DNA of 64,000 bases from an uncultured delta proteobacterium. Lineage in GTDB: Bacteria > Myxococcota > Kuafuiibacteriia > Kuafuiibacteriales > Kuafuiibacteriaceae. Shown piece by piece: positions 10,145 through 19,539 of the stretch. Location: the NCBI GenBank assembly GCA_963803435.1, contig CAWDML010000010.1:93485-157484 (forward strand). Reading direction: 5' to 3'. A model generated the notes under the pieces. The model worked only from the letters and a program-made list of their open reading frames with translations. It searched no databases and was not told where the DNA came from. The first letter of the stretch is position 1. The number at the start of each line of letters is the position of its first letter. Position numbers and translations under genes: made by a program.

Positions 10145-10942
10145 TCACTCGAGCAGCCAGACGACCAGCCCCGTCGCCAGCGCGCCCACAGCAACTCCAC
10201 CCGCCCCGATCGCGACGTTGCGCTGCGTGACCGCGGTCCGATAGTGGCGCCGCGAGCGTGACGCGAACTCGGCGTCGTCCGCCTGCGAGGCGCTCGACAC
10301 GGCCAGACCGGAGAAGACGGCGGAGGTGATCGCCGCGGCAGCGCCGGCGCCGAACGCGGTCCAGACCACCGCGCTCGGTCCCTGGGGCTCGCTGGCCGTC
10401 AGCGCCGGCCCGGGTGGAACCGCAGAGACCAGCGGAGGGGGCGGCGGCGGAGCGACCGGTGGGGGCGGTGGCGGGCTCGCCGGCGGCGGCAACTCCGGAG
10501 GCGGCGGCGGAGCCGCCACCGGCGGTGGCTCCACTCGTGGCGGCGGAGCGGCGGGCGGCGGCGGCGGTTCCGCGCGGGTCGGCGGTCTCTTGGCGCGGGC
10601 CCGCGCGACCTTCCGGAACAGCCGGCGCGCTCGAAGCGGCGTCCCGCGCGGAAGAGCCACGCGGTGGTCGTACTCGAGCGCTTGCCGGAAGGACTCGGTC
10701 GCGTCGTTGGTGCGGTCGAACTGGAACTGGATCAGACCGATGTACAGGTGGATGTTCGCAAGGTCCTTGGGCCGGGAGGAGCTGGCCAGCGCGCGCGTCA
10801 GCGCCTCCAGCGCTTCCGGGTAGCTCTTCTCGTCGTAACGACGGATCCCTTCCTCCAGGTCGCCGCGCGGGACGGCCGCGAGCGAGAGGAGCCCCACCGC
10901 GGCGATCGCGCAGAGCACGCTTGCAAGGTATCCGGCAGGCAC
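10145..10942 (-). CDS. TPR + proline-rich linker + C-terminal membrane-segment protein
   Basis: Signal, TPR-like YPEALEAL/HLYIGLI/FRQAL, poly-Pro, two hydrophobic C-terminal helices. Confidence 0.75.
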   Translation of the reverse strand: MPAGYLASVLCAIAAVGLLSLAAVPRGDLEEGIRRYDEKSYPEALEALTRALASSSRPKDLANIHLYIGLIQFQFDRTNDATESFRQALEYDHRVALPRGTPLRARRLFRKVARARAKRPPTRAEPPPPPAAPPPRVEPPPVAAPPPPPELPPPASPPPPPPVAPPPPPPLVSAVPPGPALTASEPQGPSAVVWTAFGAGAAAAITSAVFSGLAVSSASQADDAEFASRSRRHYRTAVTQRNVAIGAGGVAVGALATGLVVWLLE

Positions 10943-10977
10943 GACGGTGTCGAGCGGGGCGATGATAGGATCCGACC

Positions 10978-12459
10978 GTGTCGGTCATTTCGGCCGCCGT
11001 CGATGCCGCGGGCAGGCTGGAGCGCGTCGGTCCGTACCGGGTCCTCGACGTCGTGGGCCGCGGCGGGATGGGCATCGTGTACCGCGTTCGCCGCGACGAC
11101 AATCCGGACGGTGTACCGCTCGCGCTCAAGACCATCGAGTCTCGCTTCTTCTCCAACAGCGAGAGCAACGCGCCGCAGCGCTTCATGCAGGAGATCCGGG
11201 TGCTCGAGCGGCTGGAGCATCCCTCGGTGGTCCGGTTTCGTGACGCCGGCGTGGCCAGGGACAAGTTCGGCTCCGAGATCATGTTCCTCGTGACCGACTT
11301 CCTCGAAGGGACGTCGCTGCGCCTTCGGCTCAAGTCGGAGCGCCTCTCACAGGGTCGAGCGCTCGAGTGGTTCGCACAGGTGCTCGACGCGTTGATCTAT
11401 CTGGACGCGCAGAGCGTCGTGCACCGCGACCTCACGCCGAACAACATCTTCATCCTGAACATCGACCGAGCGATCCTGATCGACTTCGGCCTGGCCCGCT
11501 CGGATGAGCTCACCCGACTCACCCAGTCGGGAATGATCGTCGGCTCGTTCCGCTACATGGCGCCCGAGCGTCTGATGGATCGCGGCGGGGACATCCGGGC
11601 GGACATCTTCGCGCTCGGCACGATCGTGTTCGAGATGCTGGCCGGCCGCCCCGCCTTCTCGATCACGGAGAACCGGCTCACCGAGCTCCTCCGGAACATG
11701 GAGCAGGGACTGCCGTGGACGCCGGAGCTGCGGCTCGCGGTCGGTGACGATCTGGCTCGCCTCCTCGAGACCATGGTCGATCCGGATCCGGAGCGCCGGC
11801 CGCGTCCCGCACTCCTCGGGAGCATGCTCCGCGCCGTGATCACGCCGGTCACCGGCACCCGACATCGAGCGGAGACGCCGGTCGAGGAGCCTCCGAGGCG
11901 ACCGAAGCCGCTCGATGTGCCCGAGCCCTCGCCGGTCGAGCCGGCGGCGACGGAGGCTAGGGAGCGGACGGGGTTCTCCGGGCTCGTGGTCGCGGCCATC
12001 GCGGTCACGACCTTCGCCGGCGGTCTCGCCGGCGGCCTCGTCGGCGCGTCGATGCTCGAGCACGAGTCGCCGGCCGACTCTGCGCCCGCCCTCGCGCGGC
12101 CGGTCGCGCCCTCGCCGGTTCCTCGGATCATCCGGAGCGCACCGGAGGCGCCCATCGAAAAGCAGCCGGCGATCGAGAAGCCCGCCCGTCCGGACCTCCG
12201 CTCGGACGAGGCCGCCTTCGCCTACGGTCGCTACGCCCGGCTCGAGGGCCAGCTCGAGACAGCGCGGTGGGCCCTCGAGCGCGCCGTTGCGCTGAACCCG
12301 GTGATGGCGGAGGCTCACCGCGAGCTCGGCGAGCTCCTTCGCCAGCAGAACGATCGGGAGGGCGCGCTCCGCCACTTCCAGCTCTATCTCGCGCTACGTC
12401 CCACCGCGTCCGACGCCGCCGCGATCAAGGCCTGGATCGACGCCTCGACCCCACCGTGA
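10978..12459 (+). CDS. Hanks-type Ser/Thr protein kinase with TM and C-terminal TPR
   Basis: GRGGMG, ALK, HRDLTPNN, DFGLA, YMAPE, DIFALG. Confidence 0.95.
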   Translation: MSVISAAVDAAGRLERVGPYRVLDVVGRGGMGIVYRVRRDDNPDGVPLALKTIESRFFSNSESNAPQRFMQEIRVLERLEHPSVVRFRDAGVARDKFGSEIMFLVTDFLEGTSLRLRLKSERLSQGRALEWFAQVLDALIYLDAQSVVHRDLTPNNIFILNIDRAILIDFGLARSDELTRLTQSGMIVGSFRYMAPERLMDRGGDIRADIFALGTIVFEMLAGRPAFSITENRLTELLRNMEQGLPWTPELRLAVGDDLARLLETMVDPDPERRPRPALLGSMLRAVITPVTGTRHRAETPVEEPPRRPKPLDVPEPSPVEPAATEARERTGFSGLVVAAIAVTTFAGGLAGGLVGASMLEHESPADSAPALARPVAPSPVPRIIRSAPEAPIEKQPAIEKPARPDLRSDEAAFAYGRYARLEGQLETARWALERAVALNPVMAEAHRELGELLRQQNDREGALRHFQLYLALRPTASDAAAIKAWIDASTPP

Positions 12460-12542
12460 GAGAAGATGCATGCGGCTGATGCTGGCCGGTTGCACGCGTG
12501 GGCTTGCGCGGTGGCATCACAGGCGGCGTATGCTCGATCCGC

Positions 12543-13424
12543 ATGCGATTCGAGCATCGAACTCTCGGCCGGACAGGTCTCGACGTTTCGCCGCTGGGGC
12601 TGGCGACCGGTGGAGGCTCGCTGTCCCCGCGGGACGTCGAGCGCGCCCACGACCTCGGCATCCGTTGCTTCTACTTCGGGTCGCTGAGAGCGAAGCCGTT
12701 CGGTGAGGGCGTTCGCGCTCTGGCGAAGCAGCATCGCGACCAGATGACCGTCGTGATCCAGAGCTACACGCGCGCCGCGTCCTTCATGAAAGTCTCCCTC
12801 GAACGAGGGCTGCGAACGCTCGGGATCGATCACACCGATCTCCTGCTGCTGGGGTGGTGGAACGAGCCGCCGCCGGCCCGCATCCTCGATGCGGCGCTGG
12901 CGCTCCGCGAGCGCGGCCTGGCGCGTCACCTGATGATCTCCTGTCACAACCGTAAGACCTTCGCCCGCTACGCGCAGGAGCCGGCGTACGGCGCGATCAT
13001 GGTCCGCTACAACGCCGTGCATCCGGGCGCCGAGACGGACGTGTTCCCCCATCTGGGCGCGTCGCCTCCGGGCGTGGTCTCGTACACGGCGCTGCGCTGG
13101 GGGCACCTGCTCGATCCCAGCGTCCTGCCTCCGAACGAGCCGCGCCCGCGCGCGTCCGACTGCTATCGCTTCGTACTCACCAGCCCGTCGGTGGGGCTGT
13201 CGATGTGCGCGCCTCGCAGCGCACAGGAGCTCGACGAGGCGGTCGCAGCCGTCGAGCGGGGGCCGATGACCGAGGACGAGCTCGCATGGATGAAGCGGGT
13301 CGGTGTGCACGTGAAGAGCGCGACCGCCGGCCGCCGCACCTTCTCCCCCATCGAGATGATCGACCGGGTCGGTGGCTGGTTCTCGTCGAACGAGAAGACC
13401 GGGCTCGACACCCGGACCGACTGA
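12543..13424 (+). CDS. aldo/keto reductase family protein
   Basis: RTLGRTGLDVSPLGL, SLERGLRTLGIDHTDLLLL. Confidence 0.8.
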   Translation: MRFEHRTLGRTGLDVSPLGLATGGGSLSPRDVERAHDLGIRCFYFGSLRAKPFGEGVRALAKQHRDQMTVVIQSYTRAASFMKVSLERGLRTLGIDHTDLLLLGWWNEPPPARILDAALALRERGLARHLMISCHNRKTFARYAQEPAYGAIMVRYNAVHPGAETDVFPHLGASPPGVVSYTALRWGHLLDPSVLPPNEPRPRASDCYRFVLTSPSVGLSMCAPRSAQELDEAVAAVERGPMTEDELAWMKRVGVHVKSATAGRRTFSPIEMIDRVGGWFSSNEKTGLDTRTD

Positions 13425-13430
13425 CGGACG

Positions 13431-13916
13431 TCAGCGCCGCTCCCAGGCGAGCAGCGCCGCATCGATGAGTGGCGTCAAGACCAGCGACACCAAGAGCCCG
13501 CTCCACAGGAGCACCTCGGTGCCGGTGGAGGAGTCGCGACAGAACGCTCCCGTGCAGCTCGCGCGGATGATCGCGTAGGTCGCCGTCGGCAGCGCCAGGC
13601 GGAGGCTCGCGCTGATGAGGGCGGAGGTCACGTTATCGTGCACCCCGTGGGCGATCGGCGTGGCCACCACGTAGGGGAGCGCGATGGGCGCGAGCCAGTA
13701 GTCGCTCTGCCGCTGGTTGGCGAGCACCACGGCCGCGGCCAGCAACGCCGCGCCGAAGGTCGCGTCGAAGGAGAGCGTCTCCCAGCCGTACCAGCTGATG
13801 GTGACCGCGCCCTCGGCCGGGAGCACGTAGGCGTCCGTCGAGGTGTACGTCTGTGCGTAGGCGGCGGGTGCCGCGACGAGCGAGAGCGCGACCAACACCG
13901 AGAGTGATCCGCGCAC
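13431..13916 (-). CDS. hypothetical membrane protein
   Basis: Signal peptide, WYGWE..., several hydrophobic helices. Confidence 0.6.
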   Translation of the reverse strand: MRGSLSVLVALSLVAAPAAYAQTYTSTDAYVLPAEGAVTISWYGWETLSFDATFGAALLAAAVVLANQRQSDYWLAPIALPYVVATPIAHGVHDNVTSALISASLRLALPTATYAIIRASCTGAFCRDSSTGTEVLLWSGLLVSLVLTPLIDAALLAWERR

Positions 13917-13968
13917 GCGGCACGATTGTGAGCACGCCTGCGTGCGGCAAGTCCACGCGTCGCCGCCG

Positions 13969-14955
13969 TCACTTCCGGCGCGTCATTCGATCGACGCTGA
14001 CGCGCACCAGATCCTCGAGCACCCGTGGCGGTTGATGGTCAGGTTTTCGCTGGATCTTGGTGCGCAGCCGCCACAACCCGAAGCCCGCCCCGTACGCGAG
14101 ATCGGCCAGTCCGGCGTACCCGGCGCCGTAGTTCTTCTCGAAGTAGCGCCGCCTCGACTCGAACCAGTAGCGAGGCAGACGCTTGCGTTTCTGCTGGTGC
14201 TCGTCGTCGTGAGAGACACCGGTGGCGGCGCCGGCGCGATGGACCACACCCGACTCCGGCAGGTACCAGCAGCTCCAGCCGGCGCGGTGCGCGCGCAGGC
14301 AGAAGTCGACCTCCTCGTAGTAGAGGAAATACGTCTCGTCCATGAGGCCGATCGACTCGACGACCTCTCGGCGGATGATCATGGCTGCGCCTGAGACCCA
14401 GTCGGTCTGATGGGTGTCTGTCCGGATCGGCGGCGCCTCGACCCAGCGCTCCAGCAGCTTGCTGAGGATGCCGAGGCTCATCCCCCGCTCCAGCTCGCCG
14501 GCGACTGTGGGGAAGCGGAACGCCGAGTGTTGTACGACGTTCCCGCCGCTCTCGATCCGGGGTCCGGCGATCCCGGCAGACGGCGTGGCGTCCATGAAGC
14601 TGAGCAGCGTGCCGATCCCGCCGGGCAGCACCTCGGTGTCGGGGTTGAGGAGGAAGAAGTAATCGGGCGGAGCGTCGCTCTCGAGGGCCGGACGGATCCC
14701 GGCGTTGTTGCCGTACGCGAAGCCGCCATTCTCGGGTGACGGGATCAGGGAGGCGAACGCGGAGAAGCGCGCCCGGATCGCCGTTCGGATCTTCTCCTCC
14801 GAGCCGTCTTCCGAGCGGTTCTCGACGACCACGGCCTCGAGGGGCTCCGCGAGCTTGGCGCGCTCGCGGTCGATGCTGGCCAGGCACTCGATCGTGAGGT
14901 CCGGCGTCCGATAGTTGACGATGACGATCCGGACGCGCGGTCTGGGACGCGGCAT
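13969..14955 (-). CDS. GT2 family glycosyltransferase
   Basis: IVIVNYRT, NGGFAYGNN, LLNPD, DWVSGA, FLYYEEVD. Confidence 0.92.
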   Translation of the reverse strand: MPRPRPRVRIVIVNYRTPDLTIECLASIDRERAKLAEPLEAVVVENRSEDGSEEKIRTAIRARFSAFASLIPSPENGGFAYGNNAGIRPALESDAPPDYFFLLNPDTEVLPGGIGTLLSFMDATPSAGIAGPRIESGGNVVQHSAFRFPTVAGELERGMSLGILSKLLERWVEAPPIRTDTHQTDWVSGAAMIIRREVVESIGLMDETYFLYYEEVDFCLRAHRAGWSCWYLPESGVVHRAGAATGVSHDDEHQQKRKRLPRYWFESRRRYFEKNYGAGYAGLADLAYGAGFGLWRLRTKIQRKPDHQPPRVLEDLVRVSVDRMTRRK

Positions 14956-14970
14956 GGCGGCGAGGCTAGC

Positions 14971-15393
14971 TCACCGGACCTTTTTTGGGCGATCCTTCTT
15001 GCGGTACACGCACCGGAGCCCCGACCAGGTGTCGTCGATCGCGCACACCTTGTTGTCGACCAGGCCGAGCGCGAGCGCGACGTCGCGGACCACGTCTTCG
15101 GTCATGTCGGTCGGCACCTTCGAGGCCTTCTTCGGCCATGCCACCCAGAGCCCGCCGTCGGGCTGGAGGCGCGCGGCGATGCCGGCGAAGCGACGCTCCA
15201 GCTCGGCCCGACGCTTGGTGAAGAACACCACGACGTCGAAGCTCGACTTTCCCGCCAGCGAGCGGGCGATCGTGACCGGAGGCAGCGCGCCCAAGGTACC
15301 CTCGAACCCGTCCGGGGCGCCGAGCAACGCCACGCGATGACCCTCCTTGATCCCGAGCTTCTTGGGGAGGGGCGTTTCGGAGTAGCCGGCCAT
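14971..15393 (-). CDS. DUF3052 family protein
   Basis: MAGYSETPLPKKLGIK, LWVAWPKKAS, GLVDNKVCAID. Confidence 0.85.
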   Translation of the reverse strand: MAGYSETPLPKKLGIKEGHRVALLGAPDGFEGTLGALPPVTIARSLAGKSSFDVVVFFTKRRAELERRFAGIAARLQPDGGLWVAWPKKASKVPTDMTEDVVRDVALALGLVDNKVCAIDDTWSGLRCVYRKKDRPKKVR

Positions 15394-16880
15394 CAGACAT
15401 CCCTCGCGGCCGGCTGGATCGGCTGTTGATGGGGCTCTCCGTACGGATACGGCGGGTACGGGATGGGCACCGGGAGCGGCGCGGGTGCAGAGGCGGTGCC
15501 CTTCACCATCTCGGCGCTGATCGAGTAGAGCGCGCCGGCCAGGACGTACGGGATGAGCGAGAACGCGCCGTTCGGGATCAGGTCCAACAGGTAGGCCGCC
15601 AGCACCAGCGTGAGGCCGGCGATCATCTGTGCCTCGCGCTTGTTCTTGATCTTCCTGATCCGCTTCCGCATCGCGAAGATCGGTATCAGCATCACCGCGA
15701 AATTGCAGATGGCGCCGATCGCGCCGCGGGAGGAGAGCACGATGATCCACCAACCGTCCGCGATCGTGACCTCCTTGCCCATCTCCTCGTCGTAGACGCG
15801 GCCGCGGCCCTCACCGCCCCAGCCGAAGTAGAAGCGTGTGAACAGCTTGTCGAGCAGGAGCTCCTCGTTCTCGAACCGGAACGCCATCGACTGGGCTCGC
15901 TCCTCGCCGAGGAGGCTCTTCGAGTAGGCGACGAACTCCTCCGCCGGAAAGACGCGGGTCGCCCGGAGCGTGGGATAGACCGTCACGAAGACAGCCACCA
16001 GCAGCGCCATGCGCACCATGTTCTTCGGCTTGAAGCGGGAGACGGCGGGGAGGAACAGCACCGCATAGAAGATCGAACCGGTGCTCTTGCAGGCGATCAG
16101 GATGATGAAGAGGAACCAGGAGACAGCCCGGGCGCTCAGCTTGAACGGCGTCACCTTCTGCTTGAGACGGCCGAGTATCGAGGCGCACATGCAGGCGGCG
16201 CACATGAACATTGCGACGGCCAGGCCGTGCGCCATGAACACCATGGGACGAAATCCGCCCCACCGGATCGTCTGCGCGAAGTCGCTGTGCTGCGGATATC
16301 CGTAGATCCAGGTGTGGAGCTGCGGCGAGAGGCGGATCTCGACCAGGCAAAAGAACGCGTAGACGAGGCCCATGGTGGCCATGACGCGGAAGATGTTCTC
16401 GAGGTCCTTGGTGGTCTTGAACACCATGCGCCCGATGAAGAAGGGCAGGCCGAAGCCGACAACGTCGCGGATCGCCAGCGACAGCGCGTCGTACATGGTG
16501 AGGCCGCGGATGTGAATCGTCTTCCAGCTCCCGTAGGACAGCCAGTCCTTGTTGGTGGAGGCGGTGCCGATGGCGGCCAGCATCGAGATCAGGAGGAAGA
16601 GGTCGAGCCCTCGCAACGGCCTCGCCTGCCGGATCCGCTTCCGGTACCTCCACAGGAAGTAGACCAGCACCACCAGCAGGACGGCCTGCTCCTTGTTGAT
16701 GGGAGGCACGCCCGGAAGATCGAACTCGATCAGCTCGGGGAGGAAGATCATCGCGAACGCGAAGCAGAAGAAGACCGCGCGCTCGATGTTCCTTCGCTGC
16801 TTGAGGAGAATGACGAACGTGATGATCGGCCAGACGATCATCGCGAGCTGGGCCGTGACCGAGAAGTTGATGGTGAACAC
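15393..16880 (-). CDS. O-antigen ligase/polymerase-like polytopic membrane protein
   Basis: Many TM helices; EIRLSPQLH..YG, RP.VF..HGL, SMAFRF.NE, GWGG, DGWWII. Confidence 0.7.
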   Translation of the reverse strand: MFTINFSVTAQLAMIVWPIITFVILLKQRRNIERAVFFCFAFAMIFLPELIEFDLPGVPPINKEQAVLLVVLVYFLWRYRKRIRQARPLRGLDLFLLISMLAAIGTASTNKDWLSYGSWKTIHIRGLTMYDALSLAIRDVVGFGLPFFIGRMVFKTTKDLENIFRVMATMGLVYAFFCLVEIRLSPQLHTWIYGYPQHSDFAQTIRWGGFRPMVFMAHGLAVAMFMCAACMCASILGRLKQKVTPFKLSARAVSWFLFIILIACKSTGSIFYAVLFLPAVSRFKPKNMVRMALLVAVFVTVYPTLRATRVFPAEEFVAYSKSLLGEERAQSMAFRFENEELLLDKLFTRFYFGWGGEGRGRVYDEEMGKEVTIADGWWIIVLSSRGAIGAICNFAVMLIPIFAMRKRIRKIKNKREAQMIAGLTLVLAAYLLDLIPNGAFSLIPYVLAGALYSISAEMVKGTASAPAPLPVPIPYPPYPYGEPHQQPIQPAARDV

Positions 16881-16904
16881 GGCTCAGCCCCGGTGCTCGT
16901 TGTA

Positions 16905-18215
16905 TCAGAGCAGGCCGCCCGCCTTCACCTCCAGGTACCGGGATACGAGCGAGCCGGTGAGCTGGCTGTGCAGGACGTCCAGGACGAGGATCCCCGCGCG
17001 CTGCATCTCCCGATGAATGCGATCCCGCCACAGGAGCATCTCCGCAGCCGCTGCCTGGATGCAGAGCTCCTCGCCGGTTCGGCCCGGAACCGCGGCGCGG
17101 GCCTCCAGCTCCCGGTCCTTGAGGAGGACGACCAGCGGGAGGTGCTGCGGCAAAAGATCCCGAGCCAACCGCTGTATTCGGCGGGAGGTCTGCTCGTCGA
17201 TCGCGTGGGAGATGAACACCACCAGCGTCCGCTTCCGGACCTGGAGCTTCAGCGTCCGGAACGCCTGCTCGTAGTCCGACTCCACCATTCGAGGGAAGAG
17301 ATCGTACGTGCTCTGGATGATCTGATTCGACGCGGACGCTCCGCCGCGGGGCTTGATCAGCCGCGACACCTTCTCGTCGAACGCGATCAGCCCGACCTGA
17401 TCACCGCGTCGGATCGCGACGTGGGAGAGCATCAAGGTGGCGTTGAGCGCGTAGTCGAGCGCAGTGAGCTCGTCCCAGGTGGCCGTCATCATGCGCCCGC
17501 AGTCGAGCATGAAGACGATGTTCTGGTTCTTCTCCAGCTGGAACTCGCGAACCGTCAGCTTGCGTCGCCGAGCGGTCGAGCGCCAATCGATGCGCCGGAA
17601 CTCGTCGTCGGGGAGGAAGTCGCGCAATCGCTCGAACTCGGTGTCGCCTCCGCGCATCTTGGTGGCGCGCGAGCTCATGATGTCGCGATTCTGGCGCGCC
17701 AGCATCTCGTAGTGACGGACGGCCTGGACGTCCGGGAAGACGCGCAGCTTGGTCTCGGCGGGGATCCGGACCTGGCGTGTCCAGAAGCCTGCAGGGGAGG
17801 CGTAGCGGACGTAGTGATCGCCGACCACCTGCGCGCCGCGCTCCATCGAGCGGAGACGATAGGTGGCGCGGCGGACCACGCCGGCGCCGACCTCGACCTC
17901 GACCGGCATGCCCTCGGTCTCGGCGTGCTCGAAGACGGCATCGTTGATGGAAAACTTCACACGCCGGCGGAGCAGGTTCTTGACCTCGAGCGTGACGTTG
18001 ACCGTGCGCGCCAGCGATACGGTGGTCGGCATCAGCCGGTTCACCTCGACGCCGTCCTTCCGGACCAGCAGGAGGTCCGTCACCGCGAGGACCAGGATGA
18101 CCGCGTTGGTGAGGAGCAGCGGGAGGACCGTCGCAGGCTCGGCGATCGCCACCAGCGAGAGCGCCAGCGGTGCGATCAGCGCGAGCAAGAGCGACCGGCC
18201 CGGGATCAGCTTCAT
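16905..18215 (-). CDS. DUF58 (vWA-like) protein
   Basis: TEFERLRDF.PDDEFRRIDWRSTARR, LDCGR.M, GDQVGL. Confidence 0.9.
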   Translation of the reverse strand: MKLIPGRSLLLALIAPLALSLVAIAEPATVLPLLLTNAVILVLAVTDLLLVRKDGVEVNRLMPTTVSLARTVNVTLEVKNLLRRRVKFSINDAVFEHAETEGMPVEVEVGAGVVRRATYRLRSMERGAQVVGDHYVRYASPAGFWTRQVRIPAETKLRVFPDVQAVRHYEMLARQNRDIMSSRATKMRGGDTEFERLRDFLPDDEFRRIDWRSTARRRKLTVREFQLEKNQNIVFMLDCGRMMTATWDELTALDYALNATLMLSHVAIRRGDQVGLIAFDEKVSRLIKPRGGASASNQIIQSTYDLFPRMVESDYEQAFRTLKLQVRKRTLVVFISHAIDEQTSRRIQRLARDLLPQHLPLVVLLKDRELEARAAVPGRTGEELCIQAAAAEMLLWRDRIHREMQRAGILVLDVLHSQLTGSLVSRYLEVKAGGLL

Positions 18216-18222
18216 CGGAACC

Positions 18223-19530
18223 TCAACGCTTGTTGCCGTACGACGGCGGGATCGTGTCCGGATCCACGCCGGCCGGGCGCGCGGGGGCCGACCCGTGCGG
18301 CGCGTTGGCCGGCCGGGCGGGCGCCGAGGGGGCCGGCTTGTCGGACTCGAGCAGGGTCACGTCGTCCGGCACCTCCCAGGCCGCGGGCTTGCGCGGCTTC
18401 GACAGCACCGACTGGGGCCCCACGGGTCGCGCCGGGATCGGGGATGCCGCCGGCATGGCGCTGGCGCGCGCGAAGCGATCGTCGTGGGGTGTGCGCTGCC
18501 CCAGTCGATCGACCCGGTGGGTCTCGACGTGGTGCTGATCGGTCTGCCCGCCGCGCGCCCGCTGGCCTTCACCCATGCCGGGGACCGGCGTCTCGTGGAG
18601 GACCCCTTCGATGACCTCGTCCGTGGTCACGCCCTCGATCTCGGCGTCGGGCTGCAGGATCAACCGATGCCGGAGCACCGCGCGGCCGTGCGTCTTGACG
18701 TCGTCCGGCACGACGAACCCGCGCCCCTGCACGGCCGCCTCCACCCGCGCCACGTGGAGCAGGGCGATGGCGGCGCGCGGCGAGGCGCCGATCTGCACGG
18801 CGCGGTGCTTCCGGGTGTTCGCCACCAGCTCCGCGATGTACGCGATGATCTTCTCGTCGATGGTCACGGTCTTGATCGCCTGCTGCATTTGCAACATCAC
18901 CTGCGGATCGACCACCTGCTGGAGGTTGGCGGCCTCGAGGTCGGAGGCGTCGAAGCCGTCGCGGACGTTGCGGAGCAGCTGCTTCTCCACCTCGACCGAC
19001 GGGTGATCGATCAGGACCTTGAAGAGGAAGCGGTCGAGCTGGGCCTCGGGGAGCGCGTAGGTGCCGGCGCTCTCCAGCGGGTTCTGGGTCGCCAGGACGA
19101 AGAACGGGTCCGGCAGCGGGTGGGTGGTGCCGTCGACGGTGACCGACCGCTCCGACATGGCCTCGAGCATCGCCGACTGCGTCTTCGCCGGGGCGCGGTT
19201 CACCTCGTCGGCCAGCATGATGTGTGTGAACACCGGGCCGTGCTTGAACTCGAAGGCGCCCTTGTGGCTGTTGTACATCGTCGAGCCGGTGACGTCCGAG
19301 GGCATCAGGTCGGGCGTGAACTGGATCCGCCGGAAGTGGCAGCCGAGCACCCGGCCCAGAGTGCGCACCAGCAACGTCTTGCCGACGCCGGGGACGCCTT
19401 CGATCAGCACGTGACCCCGGGCGAGAATGGCGACCAGCACCGAGTTGAGCACGTCGTTCTGTCCGACGAACACGCGCCCGATCTCGGACTCGGTACGCTC
19501 GAAGTGTTGGCTGACTTCTGTGAGGTCCAT
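18223..19530 (-). CDS. moxR: MoxR family AAA+ ATPase with Pro-rich C-terminal tail
   Basis: GVPGVGKT, RIQFTPDLMPSD, DEVNRAPAKTQSA, ATQNP, LPEAQLDRF. Confidence 0.95.
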   Translation of the reverse strand: MDLTEVSQHFERTESEIGRVFVGQNDVLNSVLVAILARGHVLIEGVPGVGKTLLVRTLGRVLGCHFRRIQFTPDLMPSDVTGSTMYNSHKGAFEFKHGPVFTHIMLADEVNRAPAKTQSAMLEAMSERSVTVDGTTHPLPDPFFVLATQNPLESAGTYALPEAQLDRFLFKVLIDHPSVEVEKQLLRNVRDGFDASDLEAANLQQVVDPQVMLQMQQAIKTVTIDEKIIAYIAELVANTRKHRAVQIGASPRAAIALLHVARVEAAVQGRGFVVPDDVKTHGRAVLRHRLILQPDAEIEGVTTDEVIEGVLHETPVPGMGEGQRARGGQTDQHHVETHRVDRLGQRTPHDDRFARASAMPAASPIPARPVGPQSVLSKPRKPAAWEVPDDVTLLESDKPAPSAPARPANAPHGSAPARPAGVDPDTIPPSYGNKR

Positions 19531-19539
19531 CTGACTCCT